The position numbers were made by a program, and so were the translations under genes. The notes under the pieces were generated by a model that was given only the letters and a program-made list of their open reading frames with translations, had not been told where the DNA came from and did no database searches. Shown piece by piece: positions 18,418-27,724 of a stretch of DNA of 32,000 bases. How positions within the stretch are numbered: position 1 is the first letter of the stretch; each line of letters opens with the position of its first letter. Source of the stretch: Synechococcus sp. A15-24 (GTDB taxonomy: Bacteria; Cyanobacteriota; Cyanobacteriia; PCC-6307; Cyanobiaceae); contig NZ_CP047960.1 in NCBI RefSeq assembly GCF_014280195.1, forward strand, positions 60,001 through 92,000. Direction: 5' to 3'.

Positions 18418-19473
18418 TCAACTGTAAATTTGCAAAATACTTCTTAGCGAATCAACTATCTTAAAACATAAATTATTGATTTGATTTTTTGAGGCAATAG
18501 ATGGCGACGAATAAATATCAAAAAATTTAGATCCAAATTCTTTTATCTCGAGCATACTTTTGCGGATGTCCATAGATGACGAAACATTAAATATCAAAGG
18601 ATGATTTGCAAATGGTTCGTTTGTTAAGCACCCAAAATAAAGTGATATGCATCCAGAAATTAAGGAGTGAGGTAATTTTTCTGTAACGTAGCCAGGATGA
18701 AAAGAATTTTCAAAGCATAAGCTGTATTTATAGTTTTTCAAAAGATCAAATTTATTACCCACCGGGTTAGTATGACTACCAAATCGATCGACTTGAAATC
18801 CAAAGTCTATCAGTTGATTTAGAAAATATTCTCTAAATGGTTCAGCATTATTTCCGATAAAAGCGACGGCGTCTTTTCGTTTTGAGAAATCAACAGACTG
18901 TTCTGAATGGAAAATTTTCTTTTGCAAAGGATTTCTATCATCATAGGACTTATTGAATAAATCAATCTCAAAAAGCCAGAGGGGCATATAAATAATACGA
19001 TTGCAACTTGTAAATTGATCAAATCCAGCAGAATAATCAAAATTAAGAAAATTGGGCCTAACATTCTCACCTAGAAATAAAATTTGCGTAGCATTACTGG
19101 GAAGCACAAGATATTGACCGTAGCAAGATGAGAAATTAATATCAGTATCAGGGGATGAAGGAATAATATTAATCTGGAGATTTTTATCAATTACAGCTAA
19201 TCTTATAAAATCTAAAATTTGATTGTCGATACAATTGAAGTCTGGCCAAAACCCCTCGAATGATATATTGATGCAATCTGTCTTGCGACTTAAAATATGC
19301 TTTAACCTTGATTTTTGACGGGTCCAATACTTATTTTGGCTAGAATTGCAATACTTGTCAATATTTGATATTGCATTCCTATAGTCATGCTTAATAAGCG
19401 AATATTCATGTTTAATCGAGTGGTCTTCTAAGCCAATTTGAGAACCTGGAGAATGCCATTGTCGTTGAAACAT
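18418..19473 (-). CDS. GT10-family alpha-1,3-fucosyltransferase-like glycosyltransferase
   Basis: YKYSLCFENSFHPGYVTEKLPHSLISGCISLYFG matches the GT10 signature (FENS....YxTEK). ATG at 19473 shares one base with the upstream TAA (TAATG). The ORF track start at 19485 is a TTG. Confidence 0.75.
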   Translation of the reverse strand: MFQRQWHSPGSQIGLEDHSIKHEYSLIKHDYRNAISNIDKYCNSSQNKYWTRQKSRLKHILSRKTDCINISFEGFWPDFNCIDNQILDFIRLAVIDKNLQINIIPSSPDTDINFSSCYGQYLVLPSNATQILFLGENVRPNFLNFDYSAGFDQFTSCNRIIYMPLWLFEIDLFNKSYDDRNPLQKKIFHSEQSVDFSKRKDAVAFIGNNAEPFREYFLNQLIDFGFQVDRFGSHTNPVGNKFDLLKNYKYSLCFENSFHPGYVTEKLPHSLISGCISLYFGCLTNEPFANHPLIFNVSSSMDIRKSMLEIKEFGSKFFDIYSSPSIASKNQINNLCFKIVDSLRSILQIYS

Positions 19474-20270
19474 TAGTCCCTCCAACTTTGATAGCTTACT
19501 GTTTCACTACCGTGAAGATATAAGGTTTTTTGCATCCAATAACAAGAAATTGGCATATTTGAATATTTATATAAAATGTACTGCAACTGCCAATCAATTG
19601 GGAAGCATAGAGGTAGATATTTTTGTACAATAATCTTAGCTAATCTCTTGGAGACGACATATCCCGCATTGGTTCTTGTTCTGGGCGGTAATACTTGTAC
19701 AAAAAGTTGAGGTTGAGATGAGTTATCATTTTTACAATGCAATCCTGCTCCCCCTGCAACATCTATATAATCAGGATTTTTTGCATCAATAAATTTTTTA
19801 ACTTCATTAAAGAGCTCAAGAGTATCTGGTTGCTCAAGGATGTCATCTTCAGCAATTAAACCATGACTTTCTTTGCCCTCTGCGATGTGTAAAAGTGCAC
19901 AATAGTGCTTTAAAAGAACACTAATTTCACCCGGCGACAAAATCCTTGATAAGAGCCATTTAGGCAAATTTAAAACATCTTCGTTGGATATATTGAGGAA
20001 AAAAGTCTTTGTTTTTTTGACATAGGTGGAGGAGTTGCTTATATAGTCTCCTTGTGAATTGGCATTGTCAATTAATATTGGGGATAATTCTAGTATTCGA
20101 GACTTCCAAAGTTCACAGTTTCCCAGAGTAAGGCCATCAGAAATTATTTCAGATGAATCAAATATCCTAATAATTTGAATAGACTCAGGATGAAAATTTT
20201 TTTGGAGGAGGCCTACAGCATTCGGCAATCTAGTCTGCGTTGCAGAACAAGTAATTAAAAAGGCCTTCAT
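19473..20270 (-). CDS. GT25-family (LOS/LPS beta-glycosyltransferase-like) protein
   Basis: The N-terminus MKAFLITCSATQTRL together with LSPGEISVLLKHYCALLHIAEGKESHGLIAEDDI parallels the GT25 blocks (MK..VI.L..S..R and LS.GE.GC.LSH...W...IlEDD). Confidence 0.55.
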   Translation of the reverse strand: MKAFLITCSATQTRLPNAVGLLQKNFHPESIQIIRIFDSSEIISDGLTLGNCELWKSRILELSPILIDNANSQGDYISNSSTYVKKTKTFFLNISNEDVLNLPKWLLSRILSPGEISVLLKHYCALLHIAEGKESHGLIAEDDILEQPDTLELFNEVKKFIDAKNPDYIDVAGGAGLHCKNDNSSQPQLFVQVLPPRTRTNAGYVVSKRLAKIIVQKYLPLCFPIDWQLQYILYKYSNMPISCYWMQKTLYLHGSETVSYQSWRD

Positions 20271-20500
20271 AAAAATTTTTCTGTAATTCTAGAACAAACC
20301 TCAAGCAGCAAATGCTAATGCAACTTTTTGTACAAATTGAAGCTTGAAATAATATTCGCAGGTAAGGCATGCATAGTTTATAACTTTTAAGTAAGGCTTC
20401 AGTACGGGGTTCAGGGAGTCTAAGATAGGGTTTGATGTATCGCGTCAAGAACGAGCCAAACACAAAATGCTAAAATTAGACGTATTTTGGACGTTTCAAA

Positions 20501-21478
20501 TTGGGCATCTGTTTCTTACATAAGCACAAAACGGGCGGATCAACACTTGAGAATACATTAAAACTTGATAGTTTGGGATGTAAGTACCTAAGTGAACTAG
20601 ATCCAAAGCTTGTAGAAAAAGATCTAATTATTGAGTTAAGAAAAAAACCAATTACGATAGTAAACGCATATGCAAGATCGCTGAAGCAAAGTCTCGGAAG
20701 TTATTGGCCTGAGTATAAAGAAACTACTACATTTTTATTTACAATAAGGAATCCAATTTCATTATTTGAAAGTGATTGGCAATATCAACATCAACTTGGA
20801 ACAAGTTCAAAATTTAAGAGTACTCACTTGCCACATGATCCTATGATAAAAAAGATATTTAGTGGAAATGATTGGCAAGAAATAATGTGTGATTATCTTG
20901 AACGCGATATTTCGAATCGTATTGATATAAATTCTTATTGTGAGCTGTTGGTTGGACAAAGGGAATCCGAAGAAGATGATATTTATAATACATTCTCATT
21001 GGGGATTGCAAAAGAGACAAGTGAACATTTTTGGATGCATAGTAATAGTTTCTACAGGCCGACTTTTTCATGTGGAGCATTTAACAACCAATGGAATACA
21101 ATAAGAACTCATTTTGGAGAAGATATTTTCGACATTAAACCCTTGCAAGGACAAAAGTCTCAAGTATATTTTTTGCCAACAGAATTAATAAACATAGCAT
21201 TGCCGTTTTATTTGCTGCACGATGCTAACCTTCGTCAGTTCTTTAAAAAAATGGATTTAAATAACCCTAGTCTAGAACTAATATCTGAAGCAATCGCAAG
21301 TCTTAGAAAGAATACAACGCGAAGTGAATTTAAAAGCGATAAAACAATGAAATTAAACCCTAAGAACAGATTAAGCTACTATAAATACTCAGATAAAGAC
21401 TACAAGATTTGGACTTCGTCGATTTCAATTTTAGCATCATTATTCAATCAATCAAACCATATCTTGAAAAGTCAGTGA
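20501..21478 (+). CDS. Sulfotransferase-like protein, paralogue 1
   Basis: FLHKHKTGGSTL is a PAPS 5'-phosphosulfate-binding loop of the HIPKTGG(T/S) type. FTIRNPISLFESDW is a 3'-phosphate RNPxxRxxS-type block. It is collinear with 27725..28690. The apparent start is TTG at 20501, and an upstream ATG at 20466 is out of frame. Confidence 0.6.
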   Translation: MGICFLHKHKTGGSTLENTLKLDSLGCKYLSELDPKLVEKDLIIELRKKPITIVNAYARSLKQSLGSYWPEYKETTTFLFTIRNPISLFESDWQYQHQLGTSSKFKSTHLPHDPMIKKIFSGNDWQEIMCDYLERDISNRIDINSYCELLVGQRESEEDDIYNTFSLGIAKETSEHFWMHSNSFYRPTFSCGAFNNQWNTIRTHFGEDIFDIKPLQGQKSQVYFLPTELINIALPFYLLHDANLRQFFKKMDLNNPSLELISEAIASLRKNTTRSEFKSDKTMKLNPKNRLSYYKYSDKDYKIWTSSISILASLFNQSNHILKSQ

Positions 21479-22550
21479 GACTGTAACTTTTATCATCGAT
21501 ATATTTAACGTTAGTTCCCCATGGCTTCCCGACTTGAATTTCATCATAGGGTATTTGATGCTTATTCAGCCATTTTATGAGTTGAGGCAAAGTGTACTTG
21601 TTAATTAAACCAATATTAGATTGAAATGAACGCATATTTCTGGAAGTAAAAAGTATGATATATGAACCCATTTTATCAGCCCTTTGAAGTGCTTCACAAT
21701 GTTCTTTGATAGGAATTGCATCAGAATAATTCTTAGTTTCTGTCAATGTACAAAGGGTTTCATCGATATCAACAACCAAAGTTTCTCTTTGAAAGCCAGT
21801 TATCGAACTGTTAGCAGAGATGAGTTCGTTCATATTTATGTCAAAGGTCTTACATAAGTCATAGGGGGTCCCAAATAATTTAGGCTTTTTGGCTTGTGAA
21901 AGCTGAACAATAAAGCCTTTCTGAATCATATAATTAAGAAAAGGTGCTATGTAGCGTTCGGAAAATCCTGAATGGTCTTCGTATTCTGAAAGAAGATTCT
22001 TAAAATCTAAAACGCTAGAAAAAGCATATGTACCAATAGAGCAAAAGTTAGAGATTCGTTTTTTTTCAACTATTTCAATGATAATATTTGAATCTTCACT
22101 TGATGGCTTTGCAAAAGACCAATGATCTCCTTCACCTATAAAACATGGTACTAAAGAAGAGATTGCAGAATTAGATTGTGAGAAATCTTTAAATAAATTA
22201 CCGGCTTCAAAATAAGTGTCGCAATTATGGACAACAAACTCATTTTGAATGTCAAAAGTATTGATTGTCAATAAAGTAGTATCCAACTGCCCAGGCGTGA
22301 GGTTATCAATTTCTAGCCAATAGATCTTGGCACCATTAACAATATGCCTTAAACTTTTTTCCAAATACTTTTTTACAAAATCACGCTTTAATGTCGTTAT
22401 AAAAATTTGATCGCTGGAAGTATAATTAAAAGATTCGACACTATATTCTAACAAGGTTTTCCCTTTTGCTTTTATTAACGGTTTTGGAGGCTTTATTCCC
22501 TTATTTTTAAATCTTGATCCTTGACCAGCTGCAGTAAAGATGTAATTCAT
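21444..22550 (-). CDS. Fusion protein: sugar-phosphate nucleotidyltransferase (N-terminal) plus HAD-type phosphatase (C-terminal)
   Basis: N-terminus: MNYIFTAAGQGSRF...KPLIKAKGKTLLEY carries the GxGxR and KPL NTase signature. C-terminus: VVDIDETLCT (DxDxT), ILFTSRN, VGKPWG and YIDDKS correspond to HAD motifs I-IV. ATG at 22550 lies 4 nt after the upstream stop. Confidence 0.7.
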   Translation of the reverse strand: MNYIFTAAGQGSRFKNKGIKPPKPLIKAKGKTLLEYSVESFNYTSSDQIFITTLKRDFVKKYLEKSLRHIVNGAKIYWLEIDNLTPGQLDTTLLTINTFDIQNEFVVHNCDTYFEAGNLFKDFSQSNSAISSLVPCFIGEGDHWSFAKPSSEDSNIIIEIVEKKRISNFCSIGTYAFSSVLDFKNLLSEYEDHSGFSERYIAPFLNYMIQKGFIVQLSQAKKPKLFGTPYDLCKTFDINMNELISANSSITGFQRETLVVDIDETLCTLTETKNYSDAIPIKEHCEALQRADKMGSYIILFTSRNMRSFQSNIGLINKYTLPQLIKWLNKHQIPYDEIQVGKPWGTNVKYIDDKSYSLTDFSRYGLID

Positions 22551-22554
22551 GGTT

Positions 22555-24204
22555 TTATTGAAGTAAGTCAATATTACCACGAAGGTAGTAAGTGCTTCCT
22601 ATTAGAGCAAAAGCTAAGCATCGAAGTTCATTCTCAGCATGCAAAGGAATCATGCTAAAGAATAGACTGGAAGTGATGACTCTAAGATCATCATGGTTTA
22701 TTACTTTATTGATAAAAATGTTGTTAAATATACTCTGAATGATCGCATGATTTTGCGGCGAATATATTTTAATATTAATACTGCTCTCATTGATATGTAT
22801 GGAAAATAAATTGTTCACGATTGAGTCGTACAAGCATGTGACAGAATGATTAATTTTACAGATGTCGTATCGTGGGTCAATATTACTTTGATTTCTATTG
22901 TCAATCCCACTCCCTCTTGGGTCAATAATTTTTACTGCCCCAAATATGGGGTCAACAAGAATATTATTAAAGCAAAAATCTCCATGTCCTTTATATAGAT
23001 CTATCGGCTTTGAGTAACTTACAAGTTCATTGGCTAAATTATGACAGATGTCGTTTATAGAGCATGGTAATTGAACACCGTTAATGTTCAGTATTTTATG
23101 CCAAGAATTTGAAAGTATACGATATTTATTGCCTGTAAAAATATTAGACATTGATATCAATCGATTGTTGAATTTTTCATGGTATAAGTGCTTAGGACTA
23201 TCAAAAGCGACTGGTTTCTTATAAAGGAGATCAAAGGCCCTTTTAAGAGCAAGACAAATTTGTTGCCATGAAGCAGGTCCAAATTTTTTGAAGAGAAAAA
23301 TCTCTGACAATGACGGGTATGGAATATATTCTAATTCTAGATAATACTTCCCATTAGCATCATCAAGGTAGTGATTGATAAGCTGTGGATAAAATTGTCT
23401 AAGCCCCTTATCAAGCTCATTGAAATAATTAGCCTCTCTCTGCAGTTTTTCGACATTTGATGAGCATTTAATGAGTGTATTGCTAGATTTTTTATATTCT
23501 ATATTATTAAATTGACGGGATGTGAAGACGTGCTTTGATGCTGTAGTGAATGTTGATTCATGTCCAATATCAATCCACTTTGAATAAATTATCTTTGCCG
23601 CGTTATTCTTGAATAAAGATTGAGCAAGTTGGTTGATATCGTTGTATAGGCTTTTGTCAAGACCAGCCATTGCGCATAAAAGATCTTTTCTATGAGAAAC
23701 TATAATACCGGTAAATGGGTGGCTAGGTTGAGAACTTATGGGTTCATTCTTTCCAATAAATTCAATGGCTAGATTGTCTTCGATTAGGGCAGACCAATTT
23801 TCTTTTGGGATCGATTCTTCGCCATAAACTATTGAAGGAATATCTAATTCATCGAATTTATATGTTGGAATTGTGGTGATTGGATTAACAATTATAATAT
23901 CACTCGACAAGTCACGTATCGTCCTCTCTAAAGTTTCTAATGGTGCTAAAGTTATGCCTATTGACTTAATATTGACCTTGCAAAAAGCCCTGAATGAGTG
24001 AAAAGGATGTTCATCATTTACTGCTAGTATTATATTAGAAATTCCTTTTTCAATATAAAAATTAGCAATTTTTTCAACTACAAGGCTATGACCTATATTC
24101 AACATAAATATTTCTTCATTTGACGAATTCATGTATGCAGGTGGATTTTTAATGGACCCTGCACCAAGAATTACTACGCATGATTTATGGAACAATTGAT
24201 CCAC
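22555..24204 (-). CDS. Fusion protein: degenerate NTase-like N-domain plus APH/choline-kinase-fold small-molecule kinase
   Basis: C-terminal half: LYKGHGDFCFNNILVD is the HGDxxxxN catalytic loop and VKIIDPRG the metal-binding Asp. N-terminal half: VVILGAGS... plus an alternating beta/alpha pattern resembles a GT-A/NTase fold, but the GxGxR signature is absent. GTG start at 24204. Confidence 0.6.
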   Translation of the reverse strand: MDQLFHKSCVVILGAGSIKNPPAYMNSSNEEIFMLNIGHSLVVEKIANFYIEKGISNIILAVNDEHPFHSFRAFCKVNIKSIGITLAPLETLERTIRDLSSDIIIVNPITTIPTYKFDELDIPSIVYGEESIPKENWSALIEDNLAIEFIGKNEPISSQPSHPFTGIIVSHRKDLLCAMAGLDKSLYNDINQLAQSLFKNNAAKIIYSKWIDIGHESTFTTASKHVFTSRQFNNIEYKKSSNTLIKCSSNVEKLQREANYFNELDKGLRQFYPQLINHYLDDANGKYYLELEYIPYPSLSEIFLFKKFGPASWQQICLALKRAFDLLYKKPVAFDSPKHLYHEKFNNRLISMSNIFTGNKYRILSNSWHKILNINGVQLPCSINDICHNLANELVSYSKPIDLYKGHGDFCFNNILVDPIFGAVKIIDPRGSGIDNRNQSNIDPRYDICKINHSVTCLYDSIVNNLFSIHINESSINIKIYSPQNHAIIQSIFNNIFINKVINHDDLRVITSSLFFSMIPLHAENELRCLAFALIGSTYYLRGNIDLLQ

Positions 24205-24209
24205 GAGTA

Positions 24210-24686
24210 TTAAAAGAGATCAATAAAGGAATTAAAAAAATTTTCATCACCCTCTTTTAGGTAATTTGTAAATCCGCAAGATAAGAAAAGATTCTTCGAT
24301 GCAATATTCTGTTTATATCCTTTAGCCCATATTCTTGCCGGTTTTCTGATAATTCTTGTTTGAGCATAGGTCAGCAATTTCTTGCCTAGCCCTTTCTTCC
24401 TATGAGCGGAGTGGATACATACACTTGGCTCAAAATTTGAGGTATAATTATTGTCCATCTCTATATTTTTTAGCCTAAAAAATCCTACGACTGCCCTGTA
24501 TCCCTTGGAATTAAGTTCACAAATTGAATACTCACTGATTCTTTGGCTTACATACTCAAAGTGATCTTCAGGACACGGTATTTCCTTTTTTTCAAACATC
24601 AATAAGTTATCCTGAGAGTATCTTAAATTATATATATCCCAAATATCTTTTAAACTTGCGTTCCTGACTCCATATGTAGTCCCCAT
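24210..24686 (-). CDS. GNAT-family acetyltransferase
   Basis: IHSAHRKKGLGKKLLTYA is the RxxGxG/A acetyl-CoA motif, followed by the C-terminal NIASKNLFLSCGF. ATG at 24686. The stop lies 5 nt before the kinase gene start. Confidence 0.65.
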   Translation of the reverse strand: MGTTYGVRNASLKDIWDIYNLRYSQDNLLMFEKKEIPCPEDHFEYVSQRISEYSICELNSKGYRAVVGFFRLKNIEMDNNYTSNFEPSVCIHSAHRKKGLGKKLLTYAQTRIIRKPARIWAKGYKQNIASKNLFLSCGFTNYLKEGDENFFNSFIDLF

Positions 24687-24723
24687 CAAATGATAAACTC
24701 ATTACATCGACAACCTATCATAA

Positions 24724-25728
24724 ATGAAGTGGGAGAGGCAACACGGAAGATATCCTCGAGATCCTAGGCTGGGTCACCGACCAGGTCTAAGCTATATTCC
24801 GGAAAATCAGGAAGATCTATTGAGAGATCTGTATACGACGTCTGATGGCTACGTATCGCTGACATCGTCGTCTGATGCATCTGGGTTATCCAAAGGTAAA
24901 TCAATAGTTATTTTAGGTGGTTCAACTAGTATGGGATTAGGTGCATCCAGTAATGAAAATACAATAGCTGCAATTCTTCAAAATCTCATGACTATTGATG
25001 GATATGAGCATACCGTTGTAAATGCTGCGTGTGCAAGCTATTGCAGCTGGCAAGAACTTATCAGGTTCGCACTTGAAATCTCTCACTTAAAGCCTGAAAT
25101 AGTAATTTCGTGCTCCGGCTACAATGACTTTATGCACTCGTCGTTAGGAGATAAGTATAGTGGTGAATGGGTGCGTAATCATGATCGCTCAATTGAGGAT
25201 CTAGCAGATTTGATAATAAATAGAGATAAGACTAGTAATTTTAGACACTTGTTTAATTCTCTCAAACGTTTCCCCTTGATCAATGCCATTATACGAGCTT
25301 GTTATAAGATTTTTAGCAGGAAAAACTATTCTGCAAAAGATCTCGTCTATGAAAAAGATAAATGGACCTTTTCTGCGCGACCTTGGGCGTCCGACAACTA
25401 TGTACATAATATGGTGCAAATAAACTCAATCGTCAATGGTTACGGTGGAAATTTTTTCACTTTCATACAACCACACCCAAATGATAATTTAAATTCAAAC
25501 AACCATGTCGGCGAAGAGGTAAGGAATATGTATGCCAAGTATCCTGATATGAGATCAGCTGAGCATGCTTTTTTTGATCGTTTGGCCTTTTTGATCAAAA
25601 GCCATGACTTTATTCATGAGTCTCCAATATTGCCAGCAGAATGTTTCGTTGATCGTGTTCACCTCAGTGATTTAGGCCAATTCCAAATGGCTTCATTCAT
25701 ATATGCTAAAATAAGAGAGTGTATATAA
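24724..25728 (+). CDS. SGNH/GDSL-like hydrolase or O-acyl-handling enzyme
   Basis: Block I IVILGGSTSMGLG, block III CSGYNDF and block V VDRVHLSDLG (DxxH). Confidence 0.6.
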   Translation: MKWERQHGRYPRDPRLGHRPGLSYIPENQEDLLRDLYTTSDGYVSLTSSSDASGLSKGKSIVILGGSTSMGLGASSNENTIAAILQNLMTIDGYEHTVVNAACASYCSWQELIRFALEISHLKPEIVISCSGYNDFMHSSLGDKYSGEWVRNHDRSIEDLADLIINRDKTSNFRHLFNSLKRFPLINAIIRACYKIFSRKNYSAKDLVYEKDKWTFSARPWASDNYVHNMVQINSIVNGYGGNFFTFIQPHPNDNLNSNNHVGEEVRNMYAKYPDMRSAEHAFFDRLAFLIKSHDFIHESPILPAECFVDRVHLSDLGQFQMASFIYAKIRECI

Positions 25729-25911
25729 GATTTTTAATTGCGCAATCCACGACTTAAGCCTTTTCACTCTTTAAACAGCCTTCGATATGGGTGGCGATAT
25801 TTTCTCGTTTTCCAAACCGAAAAATGCTTTGCAATAGTGATGACTATTTTTTGGAATAATCGAAAATCGTCTAATTCACATCCTAATCAGTTCAACTACA
25901 CAATATATTAA

Positions 25912-27711
25912 ATGAAATCACTAGGTATATCATTTGGCTATCACGACTCCGCAGTAGCCTTAGTTGTAGATGGTGAAATAGTTAGCGCTATTCAAGAGGA
26001 AAGATTTTCGCGGATTAAAAATGATCATTCGTTCCCTTTTGGCTGTTTGACACATATATTTAACACTTATTCGGTTAATATTAATTCTATAGACAAAATT
26101 GTATATTATGAAGACCCATTCTTGAAAAATAAAAGACAGATCAAATCTCTTTTAAATACAACTGTATCTGGTCGCTTTCCTCAGGCGACAAGTGTTAAAA
26201 AAGTTGTTTCTGAATCATTAACTCTCAATTCTTTTGTATTTGATGAATTTGTTCGTTGTGGTTTTGCAAGTTCTGAGTTTGAAAAATATCACTTAAAAAA
26301 TATTTTAAGTTATTCAGAGCACCATTTATCCCATGCCGCGAGTGCATATCTTCCAAGCCCTTTTCACGAATCTGCAGTTTTATGCATGGACGGGGTCGGA
26401 GAAGATTTAACCACATCGATCTGGCTTGGATCGCAGGGTAAATTAAAACTTCTAGATAGCGTTAGTTATCCAAATTCTCTAGGGCTTTTCTATTCCACTT
26501 TTACATCATACCTGGGATTTAAAGTTAACGAGGGTGAGTATAAATTAATGGGGTTGGCTCCTTATGGTCAACCTAAATACACGCAGTTAATCCTTGAAAA
26601 TATGATCAAATTGTCTGATGATGGTAAATTCTTTTTAAACAAACGATATTTCTCTTTTGATTATTCACAGATTATGTATACGAAAGATTTCGAAGTTTTG
26701 TTTGGTTTTCCTCCTATAAACCTTAACGATCAAAAATTTAGCCAAGATCATTTTGATCTCGCCCGTTCCGTTCAGGAAGTTATCACTTTAGGCATAATGG
26801 GACTTGTTAAGAATGTGAAAAAACTAACGCAAGCCGAAAACTTGTGCTTATCAGGTGGTGTTGCTTTAAATTGTGTGGCTAACGGTAATATTCTGAAATC
26901 CAGGCTCTTCAAAAACATCTGGATTCAGCCAGCAAGTGGAGATGCAGGTTCTGCCCTTGGGGCTGCCTTACTAGGTTCAGAAGACCTGGATTACTCCAAA
27001 AAGAGTTCCTCCAAAGACCTGATGAAATCAGCTTTGCTTGGACCATCCTACTCAAATGAAGAGATTGTCCGTTTCTTAGATGAGTTTAATATTAATTTTA
27101 AGAAATTACCTGAAAGTGAGCATTTATTATATCTAGTTAACTCAATAATTGACGGCAAAGTTATTGGCTTTTTCGCTGGTCCAATGGAATTTGGCCCAAG
27201 GGCATTAGGTAGTCGATCAATAATTGCGGATCCAAGAATTAAAAATATGCAATCAATATTGAATCAAAAAATAAAATTTAGAGAAGGATTTAGGCCGTTT
27301 GCTCCTGTGTTTTTGGAGTCACATGTAAGAAATTATTTTGATAATGTCGCATGCAGCCCTTATATGCTTCTTGTTGATAAATTAAAAAGCGAGCACCTTA
27401 CAAATCAATCAGTTCTTCAAGAAGCTAAAGGCCTTGATAAGTTAAAAGTGTGCAAGTCAAATCTTCCCGCTACAACACATGTAGATTGCACTTCCCGAAT
27501 TCAGACAGTGTCTTCTGATTATGGTAATCCGCAATTTTATAGTTTGTTAAAATATTTTCATCACGTCACTGGATGTCCCGCATTGATCAATACATCTTTT
27601 AATGTTAAAGATGAACCAATTGTAATGACTCCTTTGGACGCCTATAATTGCTTTATGAAAACTGGCATGGACATACTTGTGCTTGATAACTTTGTTATTG
27701 AAAAATCTTAA
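25912..27711 (+). CDS. NodU/CmcH-family O-carbamoyltransferase
   Basis: LGISFGYHDSAVALVVDGEIVSAIQEERFSRIKNDHSFP is the family's N-terminal block. Also present are LSGGVALNCVANG and the C-terminal YrdC/Kae1-like part (GPMEFGPRALGSRSIIADP, NTSFNVKDEPIV). 599 aa. Confidence 0.85.
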   Translation: MKSLGISFGYHDSAVALVVDGEIVSAIQEERFSRIKNDHSFPFGCLTHIFNTYSVNINSIDKIVYYEDPFLKNKRQIKSLLNTTVSGRFPQATSVKKVVSESLTLNSFVFDEFVRCGFASSEFEKYHLKNILSYSEHHLSHAASAYLPSPFHESAVLCMDGVGEDLTTSIWLGSQGKLKLLDSVSYPNSLGLFYSTFTSYLGFKVNEGEYKLMGLAPYGQPKYTQLILENMIKLSDDGKFFLNKRYFSFDYSQIMYTKDFEVLFGFPPINLNDQKFSQDHFDLARSVQEVITLGIMGLVKNVKKLTQAENLCLSGGVALNCVANGNILKSRLFKNIWIQPASGDAGSALGAALLGSEDLDYSKKSSSKDLMKSALLGPSYSNEEIVRFLDEFNINFKKLPESEHLLYLVNSIIDGKVIGFFAGPMEFGPRALGSRSIIADPRIKNMQSILNQKIKFREGFRPFAPVFLESHVRNYFDNVACSPYMLLVDKLKSEHLTNQSVLQEAKGLDKLKVCKSNLPATTHVDCTSRIQTVSSDYGNPQFYSLLKYFHHVTGCPALINTSFNVKDEPIVMTPLDAYNCFMKTGMDILVLDNFVIEKS

Positions 27712-27724
27712 TCCTGAACATTAG

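Noticed and set aside
20230-20463. 77-aa minus-strand ORF in the divergent promoter region between the GT25-like gene and sulfotransferase 1. Small intragenic ORFs in the AT-rich islands belong with it: 14052..14321, 18819..19070, 20859..21080, 25201..25419, 26225..26416 and 28342..28545.
   Set aside because: They overlap better-supported genes or sit in promoter DNA. They have no motifs and atypical composition.
25797-25847. 16-codon mini-ORF (MGGDIFSFSKPKNALQ) upstream of the carbamoyltransferase gene, considered as a possible leader peptide.
   Set aside because: No attenuator-like alternative hairpins or codon runs are visible, so it cannot be distinguished from chance.
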